This document shows, one piece after another, positions 23,458 through 31,606 of a DNA stretch of 64,000 bases. Below the pieces are notes generated by a model. It saw only the letters and a program-made list of their open reading frames with translations. It searched no databases and was not told where the DNA came from. The DNA comes from OCS116 cluster bacterium AG-390-A19. GTDB lineage: Bacteria; Pseudomonadota; Alphaproteobacteria; MED-G09. Position numbers and translations under genes: made by a program. The stretch spans positions 28,385 to 92,384 of the forward strand of contig QCGV01000003.1 of assembly GCA_003278145.1 (NCBI GenBank), given 5' to 3'. The first letter of the stretch is position 1. Each line of letters opens with the position of its first letter.

Positions 23458-23531
23458 CAAATGGGATATTTTTTTAGTTCTTAGGAGCTAAAATCATTTC
23501 CCCCCGACCATATTTTCATAAGTTATATGAA

Positions 23532-23552
23532 ATTATTATTATTATTATTATT
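23532..23552. repeat. (ATT)7 perfect trinucleotide microsatellite
   Basis: There are seven uninterrupted ATT units, counted base by base. The repeat is intergenic, between the two tandem TBDR genes. Confidence 0.95.
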
Positions 23553-23630
23553 TATGGTAACTGAAATATTACAATCATTTTATTATTTATCAACTAAATA
23601 ATTACTATTTATTTAAGCAATATTGATATA

Positions 23631-23659
23631 CAAAAAAAGGCGACTAAAAAGCCGCCTTT
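23631..23659 (-). terminator. Rho-independent terminator of TBDR-2
   Basis: On the minus strand the RNA is AAAGGCGGC-UUUUUA-GUCGCCUUU followed by UUUUG, starting 24 nt after the TBDR-2 stop. One stem position is G.U on the minus strand but an A/C mismatch on the plus strand, which favours minus-strand function. Confidence 0.7.
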
Positions 23660-23682
23660 AATTAGTAAAATTTATATTAGTA

Positions 23683-26268
23683 TTAAAATTCCCTACTCAA
23701 TGTTAATCCCCACATTTTTGGAACAACTGGGTAACCAGCATAGGATCCAGGTGAACCAGGAACATTAAATCCAGTATAAATATATTCATCATCATTAATA
23801 TTTCTGCCCCAAAGCATTAAGCTAAATCCTGAAGCAGCATCCTTGACACCAAGACTTGCATTAAGTGTTCCGACTTCTCTTAAAGCACCAGGTACTTCTA
23901 CAGGAACAGCATCTGTTGCCTGATAAGAATCCTCGTAAACATACTCACCTCTAATATAGCCAGTCATATTTTCATTTAAATTAAATGTATATGTTCCAGA
24001 AACAGTAATTGCTAATTCAGGAACACCTGAAGGTCTTCTGCCAGTGAAATCTTTAACTCTCGCTGGACCACCATTTACAATTGGGCAATCATCAGAAGCA
24101 GGTGGAACAAATGTTCTATCACATGGGCCATTTTTAAAATCATTATAAGTAGCGTCTATATAGCTTGCAGCGAACGTAACAACAAAATTTTCGTTTAAGA
24201 AAAATAGTGAGTCAATTTCTACACCTTTGTTGGTTTGTTCGCCAATATTTACTAGGTTAAAGCCGGTACCAATAAATAAATTTGATTGATATCCTTCAAC
24301 AGCCATATGGAAGAATGACATATTTAAGTAACCATTAGAAAAAGTCTTTTTAAATCCAACTTCAAAATTTTCAGCCTCTTCGGGGTTAGCAAAATAAATG
24401 CTTGGGTCCATTGGTAGACCAGCATACACAGTTGCATTTGCTCCTAGGTTTGTAGAAATTGCCTTAAAACCTGTAGAGTGACTAATATATGCCGATAAAG
24501 AATCGTCAAACTCATGAATTAATTTTACTGAATGAGTAACATCGTCAGAATTCCATTTACCATCCTCATTAGCATTAGGATAATTAAAGAACGGAGGAAA
24601 AAATTGGAAACCAGCTAAAGCAGCTGTAGCAGGATTTAAAATGAATGGTATTGCTGCAAATTCATCATCAATAATAACATTTGAAACAACTTCTTTTTCA
24701 TCCTCGGAATAACTTAAACCGATTGAAATAGATGTATTAGATGAAATATCATAATCTACTTGTGCAAAAATACTGAAAGCTTCATTATCCATATCAAAAT
24801 ATTCATTTTGAAGCCCGCCATTAGTTTTATACCAACTTGCTCTTTGTTGAGCTGTAAGGCCAGGAATAATTGCGGCAATGCCTCCATCAAGAGCAGGGTT
24901 CCCTGTAGAGACCCCAGCCAAAACACCTCCAATTTGTGCTGTAGTTAATGGAGGAAGAGCAGTTCCTAAAAGAGCTGTTTGAGCAGCAGGAGGGAGGTTA
25001 GATATTTGTGCTAAACCTTGTACTGCAACTTGACCAGCAATTCCATTTAAACTTGTTCCAACAGGTGATAAGATTAGATCTATAAAAGGTCCTATTAATT
25101 CTTTATAGAAAACATTTCTATCATGTTGTACGGACTCATCTTGATACCATGCACCAACCATCCATTGTAAGGGACCATCTGAATTAGAAGTAAGTCTAAA
25201 TTCTTGAGTAAATGTCTCAAAATCGTCAAAAATTCCATTAGTTAACAAAGGCATTGAACTAAAATCAACATCGCCATTTACAGCTTGTGAGCTTTCTCTG
25301 TATGCTGTAATAGATGTTAGATTAGCAAAGCCAAGATCATAATCAACATGAACAGAAATGCCTTGGTTCTCAATAGTTCCAGCAGGATCAAAATTAAGGT
25401 AAGTTTCATATCCCCATGTTCTAGGAGGATTTACTATTGTTGTAACGCCTGGAGCTAAGAGAGCATCAGCTGCAATTGTTACAGCACCATTTAATAAAGG
25501 TGCAGTTGTGCAACAATTTTCATCAGCTTCATCTTTATCCACTATAACTCTAACCGTTAAGTCTTCACTTAAATTAGTTAATAATTGAGCTCTTATAGCA
25601 TATCTATCTCTATCATTGATTTCTGTTCCAAGAGCAAGATTCTTTGTATAGCCATCTCTTTTATGCCTCGTACCAGATATTCTAAAAGAAGTATTCTCTG
25701 AAATTGGCCCTGTAACTGTTCCACTAATTTTGTTTAAACTATAATCACCAGCAGTTAATTGAACTTTTCCACCAAATGTGTCCTCTGGAAGAGCGGTTGT
25801 AATATTTATTACACCAGCAATTGCATTTTTACCAAAAAGAGTTGATTGAGGGCCTTTTATCACTTCAACCCTTTCAACACTAATTAAATCATTAATCGCT
25901 GATTGATTTCTTGAAATCATTACACCATCAATTGAAATTGCAACAGAGGGTTCAACGCCAGGATTGTTTGCACCATTACCAAATCCACGGATTAGGAATG
26001 TATTTTGTGCGGCAAATTGTGTTTGATTAATTTGTAATGAAGGAACAGAACTTTGTAAGTCTAAAATGTCACTTATTGCCAATGTTTCAATATCTTCCAT
26101 TTGTAAAACAGATACTGATATTGGTGTATCTTGAAGCGACGTATTCTTTTTTGTTGAAGTAACAACAATTTCCTCAATTATTGAACTTGTTTGAGCTTGT
26201 AAATTTTTAGTAATAGTTAGAGAAATTACTAGTGTAAAAAATACAAAAAGATAGTTTTGCCAGCGCAT
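23683..26268 (-). CDS. TonB-dependent outer-membrane receptor (TBDR-2, 861 aa)
   Basis: It has a signal peptide and the TonB-box/plug start IEEIVVTSTKKNTSLQDTPISVSVL. The plug motif is VERVEVIKGPQSTLFGKNAIAGVINI. The C-terminus ends ..GLTLSREF. A GGGGAG SD precedes the start. Confidence 0.9.
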   Translation of the reverse strand: MRWQNYLFVFFTLVISLTITKNLQAQTSSIIEEIVVTSTKKNTSLQDTPISVSVLQMEDIETLAISDILDLQSSVPSLQINQTQFAAQNTFLIRGFGNGANNPGVEPSVAISIDGVMISRNQSAINDLISVERVEVIKGPQSTLFGKNAIAGVINITTALPEDTFGGKVQLTAGDYSLNKISGTVTGPISENTSFRISGTRHKRDGYTKNLALGTEINDRDRYAIRAQLLTNLSEDLTVRVIVDKDEADENCCTTAPLLNGAVTIAADALLAPGVTTIVNPPRTWGYETYLNFDPAGTIENQGISVHVDYDLGFANLTSITAYRESSQAVNGDVDFSSMPLLTNGIFDDFETFTQEFRLTSNSDGPLQWMVGAWYQDESVQHDRNVFYKELIGPFIDLILSPVGTSLNGIAGQVAVQGLAQISNLPPAAQTALLGTALPPLTTAQIGGVLAGVSTGNPALDGGIAAIIPGLTAQQRASWYKTNGGLQNEYFDMDNEAFSIFAQVDYDISSNTSISIGLSYSEDEKEVVSNVIIDDEFAAIPFILNPATAALAGFQFFPPFFNYPNANEDGKWNSDDVTHSVKLIHEFDDSLSAYISHSTGFKAISTNLGANATVYAGLPMDPSIYFANPEEAENFEVGFKKTFSNGYLNMSFFHMAVEGYQSNLFIGTGFNLVNIGEQTNKGVEIDSLFFLNENFVVTFAASYIDATYNDFKNGPCDRTFVPPASDDCPIVNGGPARVKDFTGRRPSGVPELAITVSGTYTFNLNENMTGYIRGEYVYEDSYQATDAVPVEVPGALREVGTLNASLGVKDAASGFSLMLWGRNINDDEYIYTGFNVPGSPGSYAGYPVVPKMWGLTLSREF

Positions 26269-26414
26269 AGTTGGTCTCCCCTATGTTAACAATTCTTTAT
26301 TATTATTTTTATTGATGATTGTTAGAATTAAAAAAATACACTTTAATATATTGAATCTTTGAGTACAATGAAAAATATTGGAAAATTCTAATACTGTTGT
26401 ATATATACAACTAA

Positions 26415-27341
26415 TTAACTTAATTTAATTTCTTTTAATCTCTGTTTTAAGAAATCATCAGCAATGATTCCTTTAGGAAAAATATTTGGATTATTTTTAC
26501 TAATGCATGAATTTATTGTTTCTATTAAAAAGTCAGGATTTAAATGAATGAAAAAAGGCATAGAGTATCTTGAATAATTTTTTGAATCATTGCTAGGATT
26601 TACAACCTTATGCGTTGTGGAGATTAATTTTTTATTCGTTAATCGTTGAAGCATATCACCGACATTGCAAACAATAATGTTTGGATTAGTTTTAATAGGT
26701 ATCCAATTATTATTTTGATCTAATATTTCCAAACCTTCCTGTTGTGTTCCAAGAAGAAGAGTAATCAGATTAATATCTTCGTGAGGCCCCGCTCTTAGCC
26801 CATTATTTTTTTTATCAGCAGGTGGATAGTGAATTAGTCTTAAAATTGAATTTCCTTGATTAATCTTTTTATCAAACCAATCGGGTCTTAAATTTAGATA
26901 GAGAGATATATACGATAATATTTTCTTTCCTAAAAAATCTAAGTCCTTAAAAAGATCATTTAGGGTTTGATCAAAATTTTCAACTTCACTTACATTTTCA
27001 TTTGTAGGGACTGTATTAATATACTCTTTCTTCCAGTTAGACCTTCCATGATGCCAAAATTCTTTTTGATCAGGGCTGGACGCATTTACAGCCTTTTCAA
27101 TTCCGAAGGGAGTATAGCCTCTTTGACCTGCCCCTCCAACTTGGTGATATTTCATTTTGCTCTCTAAGGATAAGCTAAAAAATTCTTTAGATAAGTTTCT
27201 AACATTTTCAATGGTGCTGATTTTTAAATTATGATCTTTGATTATAAAAAATCCGTATCTTTCACAACTTTTTCCTATATCTTTGGATATATCAATTTTT
27301 TTGCGATTTGCCTCGTTTATAGAAATGATTGGTAGACTCAT
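26415..27341 (-). CDS. 2-oxoglutarate/Fe(II)-dependent oxygenase (isopenicillin-N-synthase-like family)
   Basis: The facial triad is GPHEDINL (HxD) ... STTHKV, with the 2OG-binding RYSMPFF. The protein is 308 aa. Its ATG lies 2 nt after the DUF1330 stop. Confidence 0.75.
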   Translation of the reverse strand: MSLPIISINEANRKKIDISKDIGKSCERYGFFIIKDHNLKISTIENVRNLSKEFFSLSLESKMKYHQVGGAGQRGYTPFGIEKAVNASSPDQKEFWHHGRSNWKKEYINTVPTNENVSEVENFDQTLNDLFKDLDFLGKKILSYISLYLNLRPDWFDKKINQGNSILRLIHYPPADKKNNGLRAGPHEDINLITLLLGTQQEGLEILDQNNNWIPIKTNPNIIVCNVGDMLQRLTNKKLISTTHKVVNPSNDSKNYSRYSMPFFIHLNPDFLIETINSCISKNNPNIFPKGIIADDFLKQRLKEIKLS

Positions 27342-27343
27342 TT

Positions 27344-27769
27344 TTAGAATTCTTTTGTTTCTATATTTAGCTGACCTTCAAGGCCAGCAGATCTGTGTTT
27401 TTCACTTTCTAGATAACTTGGATCTGTTATCATTTTTAACATAGCTTTTCTACTTGGATATTTTGCAATAGCAATCCAGTCCCATAGTTCCTCAACCTCA
27501 CCAAGCATTAGTCTACTTATTACCCCTGAAAATATTGTTTCTCCGCCAACTTTTTTTAAATGTTCAATAACCTCCATTCCATAAATTGCATAGGCCTCCT
27601 CTCCAGATAGATCTGTATTTCTTTTATCCTCATATTCTGCTTTTTCTTTAAATTTTAGAAGATTAACCATATAGATTGGAGTATCAGTATCTCCTTCTGT
27701 GAATTCCTTAATTTGTTGTTCATTTGGAATGAGTGCATTTTTGTACTGCATAATATTGTTATCCTTCAT
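27344..27769 (-). CDS. DUF1330 family protein (dimeric alpha/beta-barrel-like)
   Basis: It is about 140 aa with the pattern MVNLLKF.. ..IAIAKYPSRKAMLKMITDPSY.. ..HRSAGL, typical of DUF1330. The start could instead be ATG 27751. Confidence 0.6.
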   Translation of the reverse strand: MKDNNIMQYKNALIPNEQQIKEFTEGDTDTPIYMVNLLKFKEKAEYEDKRNTDLSGEEAYAIYGMEVIEHLKKVGGETIFSGVISRLMLGEVEELWDWIAIAKYPSRKAMLKMITDPSYLESEKHRSAGLEGQLNIETKEF

Positions 27770-28535
27770 TACTATTATCGTTAATCTCTCTAGCTTTTAT
27801 TACAAGCGCACCTAATGGAGTATCAATTGTAAATTTAATTGGTATCCACATTTTTTCTCTCTCAAAAAAAGTATACCAGTATGTAATAGCATTATCTTCT
27901 GATGCGGCATCTAAAAAATCACTATCATTGTAACCAACTATTGCATCGAAAGAACCTCTGCAAATTATTGTTTCATATTCTTTGTTATTGATATTTAATT
28001 TTGATTTCTTTGATTTTTCACTCATAAGTATTTGATATGACCTAACGCCATCAAAACTTTTACTATTCTCAAGACATGGATTATTAAATTTATTTGAAAC
28101 TACAAAAGCGCTATTTGGATCGCTCGCACCTTTTCCATATTTTTTCAAAAATTCTTTAGTAGGTATATCTTCATCTCTATAGGGTGGATCAGCATTTACT
28201 GAGACTGGCAAACCTTTCTTATAATTAATTTCAGCAACTCTAGATTTATTTTTATTTTTTATTTCATATGAAAAATTATAAGAGTCACTAATAAGACTTT
28301 TATTGATATATTTTCCATTACTTTCAGCAAAAAATATAAAGCTTACAAAAACATCAACTAGCCCTGATGCCGTTATTGTTGTTTTTATTTTCCAGTCATC
28401 TTCATTTAATTCAGCGGAGTAAAGAATATTTGCTACTTGTAATCCACCTAAATAGGCTGAATATTCAAGTTCTGTTTCAGCTTTTAGATTGGTGAAACTT
28501 AAGATAATAAAAATTGATAGAAAAATTTTTTTCAT
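27759..28535 (-). CDS. Secreted DUF3108-like protein
   Basis: It has a signal peptide (MKKIFLSIFIILSFTNLKA). The N-terminal YSAYLGGLQVANI.. and C-terminal ..IPIKFTIDTPLGALVIKA segments resemble DUF3108. It overlaps or abuts the DUF1330 gene. Confidence 0.45.
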   Translation of the reverse strand: MKKIFLSIFIILSFTNLKAETELEYSAYLGGLQVANILYSAELNEDDWKIKTTITASGLVDVFVSFIFFAESNGKYINKSLISDSYNFSYEIKNKNKSRVAEINYKKGLPVSVNADPPYRDEDIPTKEFLKKYGKGASDPNSAFVVSNKFNNPCLENSKSFDGVRSYQILMSEKSKKSKLNINNKEYETIICRGSFDAIVGYNDSDFLDAASEDNAITYWYTFFEREKMWIPIKFTIDTPLGALVIKAREINDNSNEG

Positions 28536-28621
28536 AATAATCTATTTTAAATATTTAGACTATGTAATCAACTCTAGCCTGATTTATTTAAGAGAGCTAT
28601 TATAATATTTTGGAGTTTAAG

Positions 28622-29248
28622 ATGAACTATAAAGCAGTTATATGGGATTTTGGAGGTGTTATTACATCAAGTCCTTTTGAGGCATTTAATAAATTTGAAT
28701 TAGATAATAATCTACCAAAGGATATAATTAGAACAATTAATTCAGAAAACCCTGATGATAATGCATGGGCTAAATTTGAAAGAAATGACATTGATATCAA
28801 TGAGTTTGACACTTTATTCTCCAAAGAGGCTGATAAAAAGGGATTTCAAATTTCTGGAAAGCAGGTTGTAAAATTATTATCTGGAGATATTAGAAAACCT
28901 ATGGTTGATTTTCTATTATTTTTAAAAGAAAATTATAAGCTTGGATGTATCACAAATAATATTCAAAATAGTAAGGATGATAAAGTTAATCATCTTAATC
29001 AGGCCTCACAAGTTATGAAAATTTTTGATCATATAATTGAATCTTCAAAGGTAGGATTAAGAAAGCCAGATCCTAAGATTTATTATATGTCCTGTGATGC
29101 CCTTGGCGTAAGGCCAGAGGAATGTATTTATCTTGATGATCTAGGAATAAACTTAAAACCAGCGAGAAAAATAGGAATGACCACGATTAAGGTAATAGAT
29201 CCAAATGAGGCTATTGATGAAGTTAAGAAATACTTACAACTAAAATAA
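28622..29248 (+). CDS. HAD-superfamily hydrolase (subfamily IA, epoxide-hydrolase N-terminal-like phosphatase)
   Basis: It has motif I VIWDFGGVIT, motif II ITNN, K in LRKPD, and motif IV YLDDLGINL. The tracked TTG at 28610 is trimmed to ATG 28622, with GGAG upstream. Confidence 0.7.
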   Translation: MNYKAVIWDFGGVITSSPFEAFNKFELDNNLPKDIIRTINSENPDDNAWAKFERNDIDINEFDTLFSKEADKKGFQISGKQVVKLLSGDIRKPMVDFLLFLKENYKLGCITNNIQNSKDDKVNHLNQASQVMKIFDHIIESSKVGLRKPDPKIYYMSCDALGVRPEECIYLDDLGINLKPARKIGMTTIKVIDPNEAIDEVKKYLQLK

Positions 29249-29254
29249 ATTACC

Positions 29255-30553
29255 ATGGAAAATAAAAAAGATAATATTTCTAGTTTAGGCCTTGGCATAA
29301 GAGTAAAAACACTTGTTAATTTAAGGTGGATTGCAGTTTTAGGTCAGACTATTACATGTTTTATTGTTCATTATTTTTTAAATTTTGAACTACCATGGAC
29401 TGAGGTATCTCTAACAATATTAGCTTTGGCCATTTCTAATTTTGCTCTTTACCCAGGTTATTCTATTAATAACAGACTAAATGAAACATCAACAACATTC
29501 GTAATTGCAGCGGATATAATTCAATTAGCTTTAATGATCTTTTTTACCGGTGGACTATCAAATCCATTTGTAGTTTTATTTTTAACGCACATAGCTATTA
29601 CGGTTACAAGTCTTCCAATACGTTCAACATCTATATTAATTATTTTAACTATTTTTTTAATAACTATTCTTGGATTTTTTAATTATCCTCTTGTTAATGA
29701 AAATTTAGATTTAACTATCCCATTAATTTTCATCATCGGAATGTGGATTTCACTATTTGTGACTATCTTATTTTTAACTTTTTATGCTGGTGGACTGACC
29801 GATGATTCACGTAAGACCTCTGCAGCATTGAAAATTGCAGAGGATTTATTAGTAAATGAAAAAAATCTCTCTTCTTTAGATGGCTTAGCAGCTGCAGCTG
29901 CTCACCACCTAGGAACCCCTTTAGGTACTATAAGTCTTATAGCAAACGAACTAAAAAATGAGATTGATATGCCTGATAGTGCAAAGAAAGATCTAATAAT
30001 TCTTTCTGATGAAGTTGAAAAATGTAAAGCAATACTTGGGTCTCTTGGTGAAAAACCTTCAAGTGACGATGATTTAATAACAAAAATTGAATTGCAGGCT
30101 TTATTAGAAGAGCTTGGTGAATTAATAAAAGCAAAAGGTATAGAGTTTCTTATCAATTTTCAAAATAATGATCCAAATTTGAAAAAATTTTTATTATTGA
30201 GAAGATCTGAATTACTTCTAGGATTATCAAATATTGTTGAGAATGCTGCTGACTTTACCTCAAGCATTGTTGAGTTAAATGTTGATTATAATGATGAAAA
30301 TATTGAATTAAAAATTCAGGATAATGGAAAAGGATTTTCAAATACAATTTTAAATAGGCTAGGAGATCCTTACGTTTCATCGAGGTCATCAAGTATCCAA
30401 AAAGATGATAAAGGATCAGGCCTTGGTTTAGGATTTTTTATTTCTAAAACATTGCTTGAAAGATTAGGAATAAAAATTACCGCTTATAATAGGCCGCCTC
30501 CAGAAACTGGTGCAATTGTCTCTGTTTTAATACCGACAGATAAAAGACTTTAA
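29255..30553 (+). CDS. regB: Redox-responsive sensor histidine kinase RegB/PrrB/ActS
   Basis: It has about six TM helices, the RegB-specific quinone motif GGLSNPF, the H-box AAAAAHHLGTPLGTI and the redox-box Cys in EVEKCKAIL. The ATPase G-box is GSGLGLGFFI. Confidence 0.85.
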   Translation: MENKKDNISSLGLGIRVKTLVNLRWIAVLGQTITCFIVHYFLNFELPWTEVSLTILALAISNFALYPGYSINNRLNETSTTFVIAADIIQLALMIFFTGGLSNPFVVLFLTHIAITVTSLPIRSTSILIILTIFLITILGFFNYPLVNENLDLTIPLIFIIGMWISLFVTILFLTFYAGGLTDDSRKTSAALKIAEDLLVNEKNLSSLDGLAAAAAHHLGTPLGTISLIANELKNEIDMPDSAKKDLIILSDEVEKCKAILGSLGEKPSSDDDLITKIELQALLEELGELIKAKGIEFLINFQNNDPNLKKFLLLRRSELLLGLSNIVENAADFTSSIVELNVDYNDENIELKIQDNGKGFSNTILNRLGDPYVSSRSSSIQKDDKGSGLGLGFFISKTLLERLGIKITAYNRPPPETGAIVSVLIPTDKRL

Positions 30554-30573
30554 ATTTAAAAAAAAATACCCAT

Positions 30574-31122
30574 ATGAATAATATGACTGATAGTGAAAAA
30601 AATAAAAATATTATTATTGTTGACGATGACCAGACTTGGTTAAATCAACTTTCCAGAGCTTTTGAGAGAAGGGGTCATAATACATATGTTGCAAAGTCAG
30701 TAGTGGAAGCAAAAGATATTATTTCTAAAAGTGATATTCATTATGGTGTTATAGATTTACGTCTTGATGACGGTGATGGTCTTGAAGTTATTTTAGAACT
30801 TCAGAAGAAAAATCCTAAATCTAGATCAATAATTTTAACTGGCTTTGGAAATATTGCTAATGCAGTCTCAGCCATAAAGGTTGGGGCAATAGATTACTTA
30901 TCAAAACCTGCTGGTATTGACGATATTTGTTCAGCTCTTTTTGCTCCTTCTACTGAGAAAGCCTCACCTCCAGAAGAACCTATGAGCGCCAACAGAGTAA
31001 GGTGGGAACATATTCAAAGAGTATATGAGCTTTGTGATAAAAATGTCTCTGAAACAGCAAGAAGACTGAAAATGCATAGACGAACACTTCAAAGAATATT
31101 ATCAAAAAGAGCTCCTAATTAG
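30574..31122 (+). CDS. regA: Response regulator RegA/PrrA/ActR
   Basis: It has a receiver domain (IVDDD, DLRLDDGDG, K in LSKP). It also has the highly conserved RegA HTH, NVSETARRLKMHRRTLQRIL. Confidence 0.9.
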   Translation: MNNMTDSEKNKNIIIVDDDQTWLNQLSRAFERRGHNTYVAKSVVEAKDIISKSDIHYGVIDLRLDDGDGLEVILELQKKNPKSRSIILTGFGNIANAVSAIKVGAIDYLSKPAGIDDICSALFAPSTEKASPPEEPMSANRVRWEHIQRVYELCDKNVSETARRLKMHRRTLQRILSKRAPN

Positions 31123-31606
31123 TTTTTAAAATATTTAAAAATTGCTCTAAAGAAGCTTTTGCGAAAGTTTGCATATTTTCTACTCTTACCGAAGACTTTG
31201 TATGTATATGAGAAGCTTTCTCTTTCTTGCCTGAAACAGCAAAACATGTGTACCCTGGCGGATCGCCATATCCATTTCCAGTTGGACCAGCTGCACCACT
31301 TTCACCTATCGCCCAATCACTTTTATACAAATCACATGATTTTTGAGCAATTAGTAATGCAAATGGTTCGCTACTAGACCTGATATTTTTCTCTTTTAAG
31401 TCTCTTATTCTTAGGTCAGTTATTGCTCTAATTGATTGCAGGGTGTAAATAACTTGTCCCCCCATGTAATAGGCTGACGCTCCTTCTTGTGATAAAAGAG
31501 CAGAGGATATTAAACCACCTGAGGATGACTCAATTACTGAAACTGTTTGCTTATTTTTTTTTAAAATAAGGGCTATCTCTGAAGATAGCTTAATAAGATT
31601 ATTCAT
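31115..31606 (-). CDS. CinA C-terminal domain protein / nicotinamide-nucleotide amidohydrolase PncC-like
   Basis: It has the motifs IESSSGGLISSALL, GASAYYMGGQVIY and ESGAAGP. The protein is 163 aa. Confidence 0.7.
   Translation of the reverse strand: MNNLIKLSSEIALILKKNKQTVSVIESSSGGLISSALLSQEGASAYYMGGQVIYTLQSIRAITDLRIRDLKEKNIRSSSEPFALLIAQKSCDLYKSDWAIGESGAAGPTGNGYGDPPGYTCFAVSGKKEKASHIHTKSSVRVENMQTFAKASLEQFLNILKTN

Noticed and set aside
26305-26335. There is a Fur-box-like AT-rich segment (ATTGATGATTGTTAGAAT) about 45-60 nt upstream of TBDR-2.
   Set aside because: Only about 10 of 16 positions match the GATAATGATAATCATTATC consensus by eye. That cannot be distinguished from background in ~75% A+T spacer DNA. 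Many alphaproteobacteria also use Irr/RirA rather than Fur for iron control.
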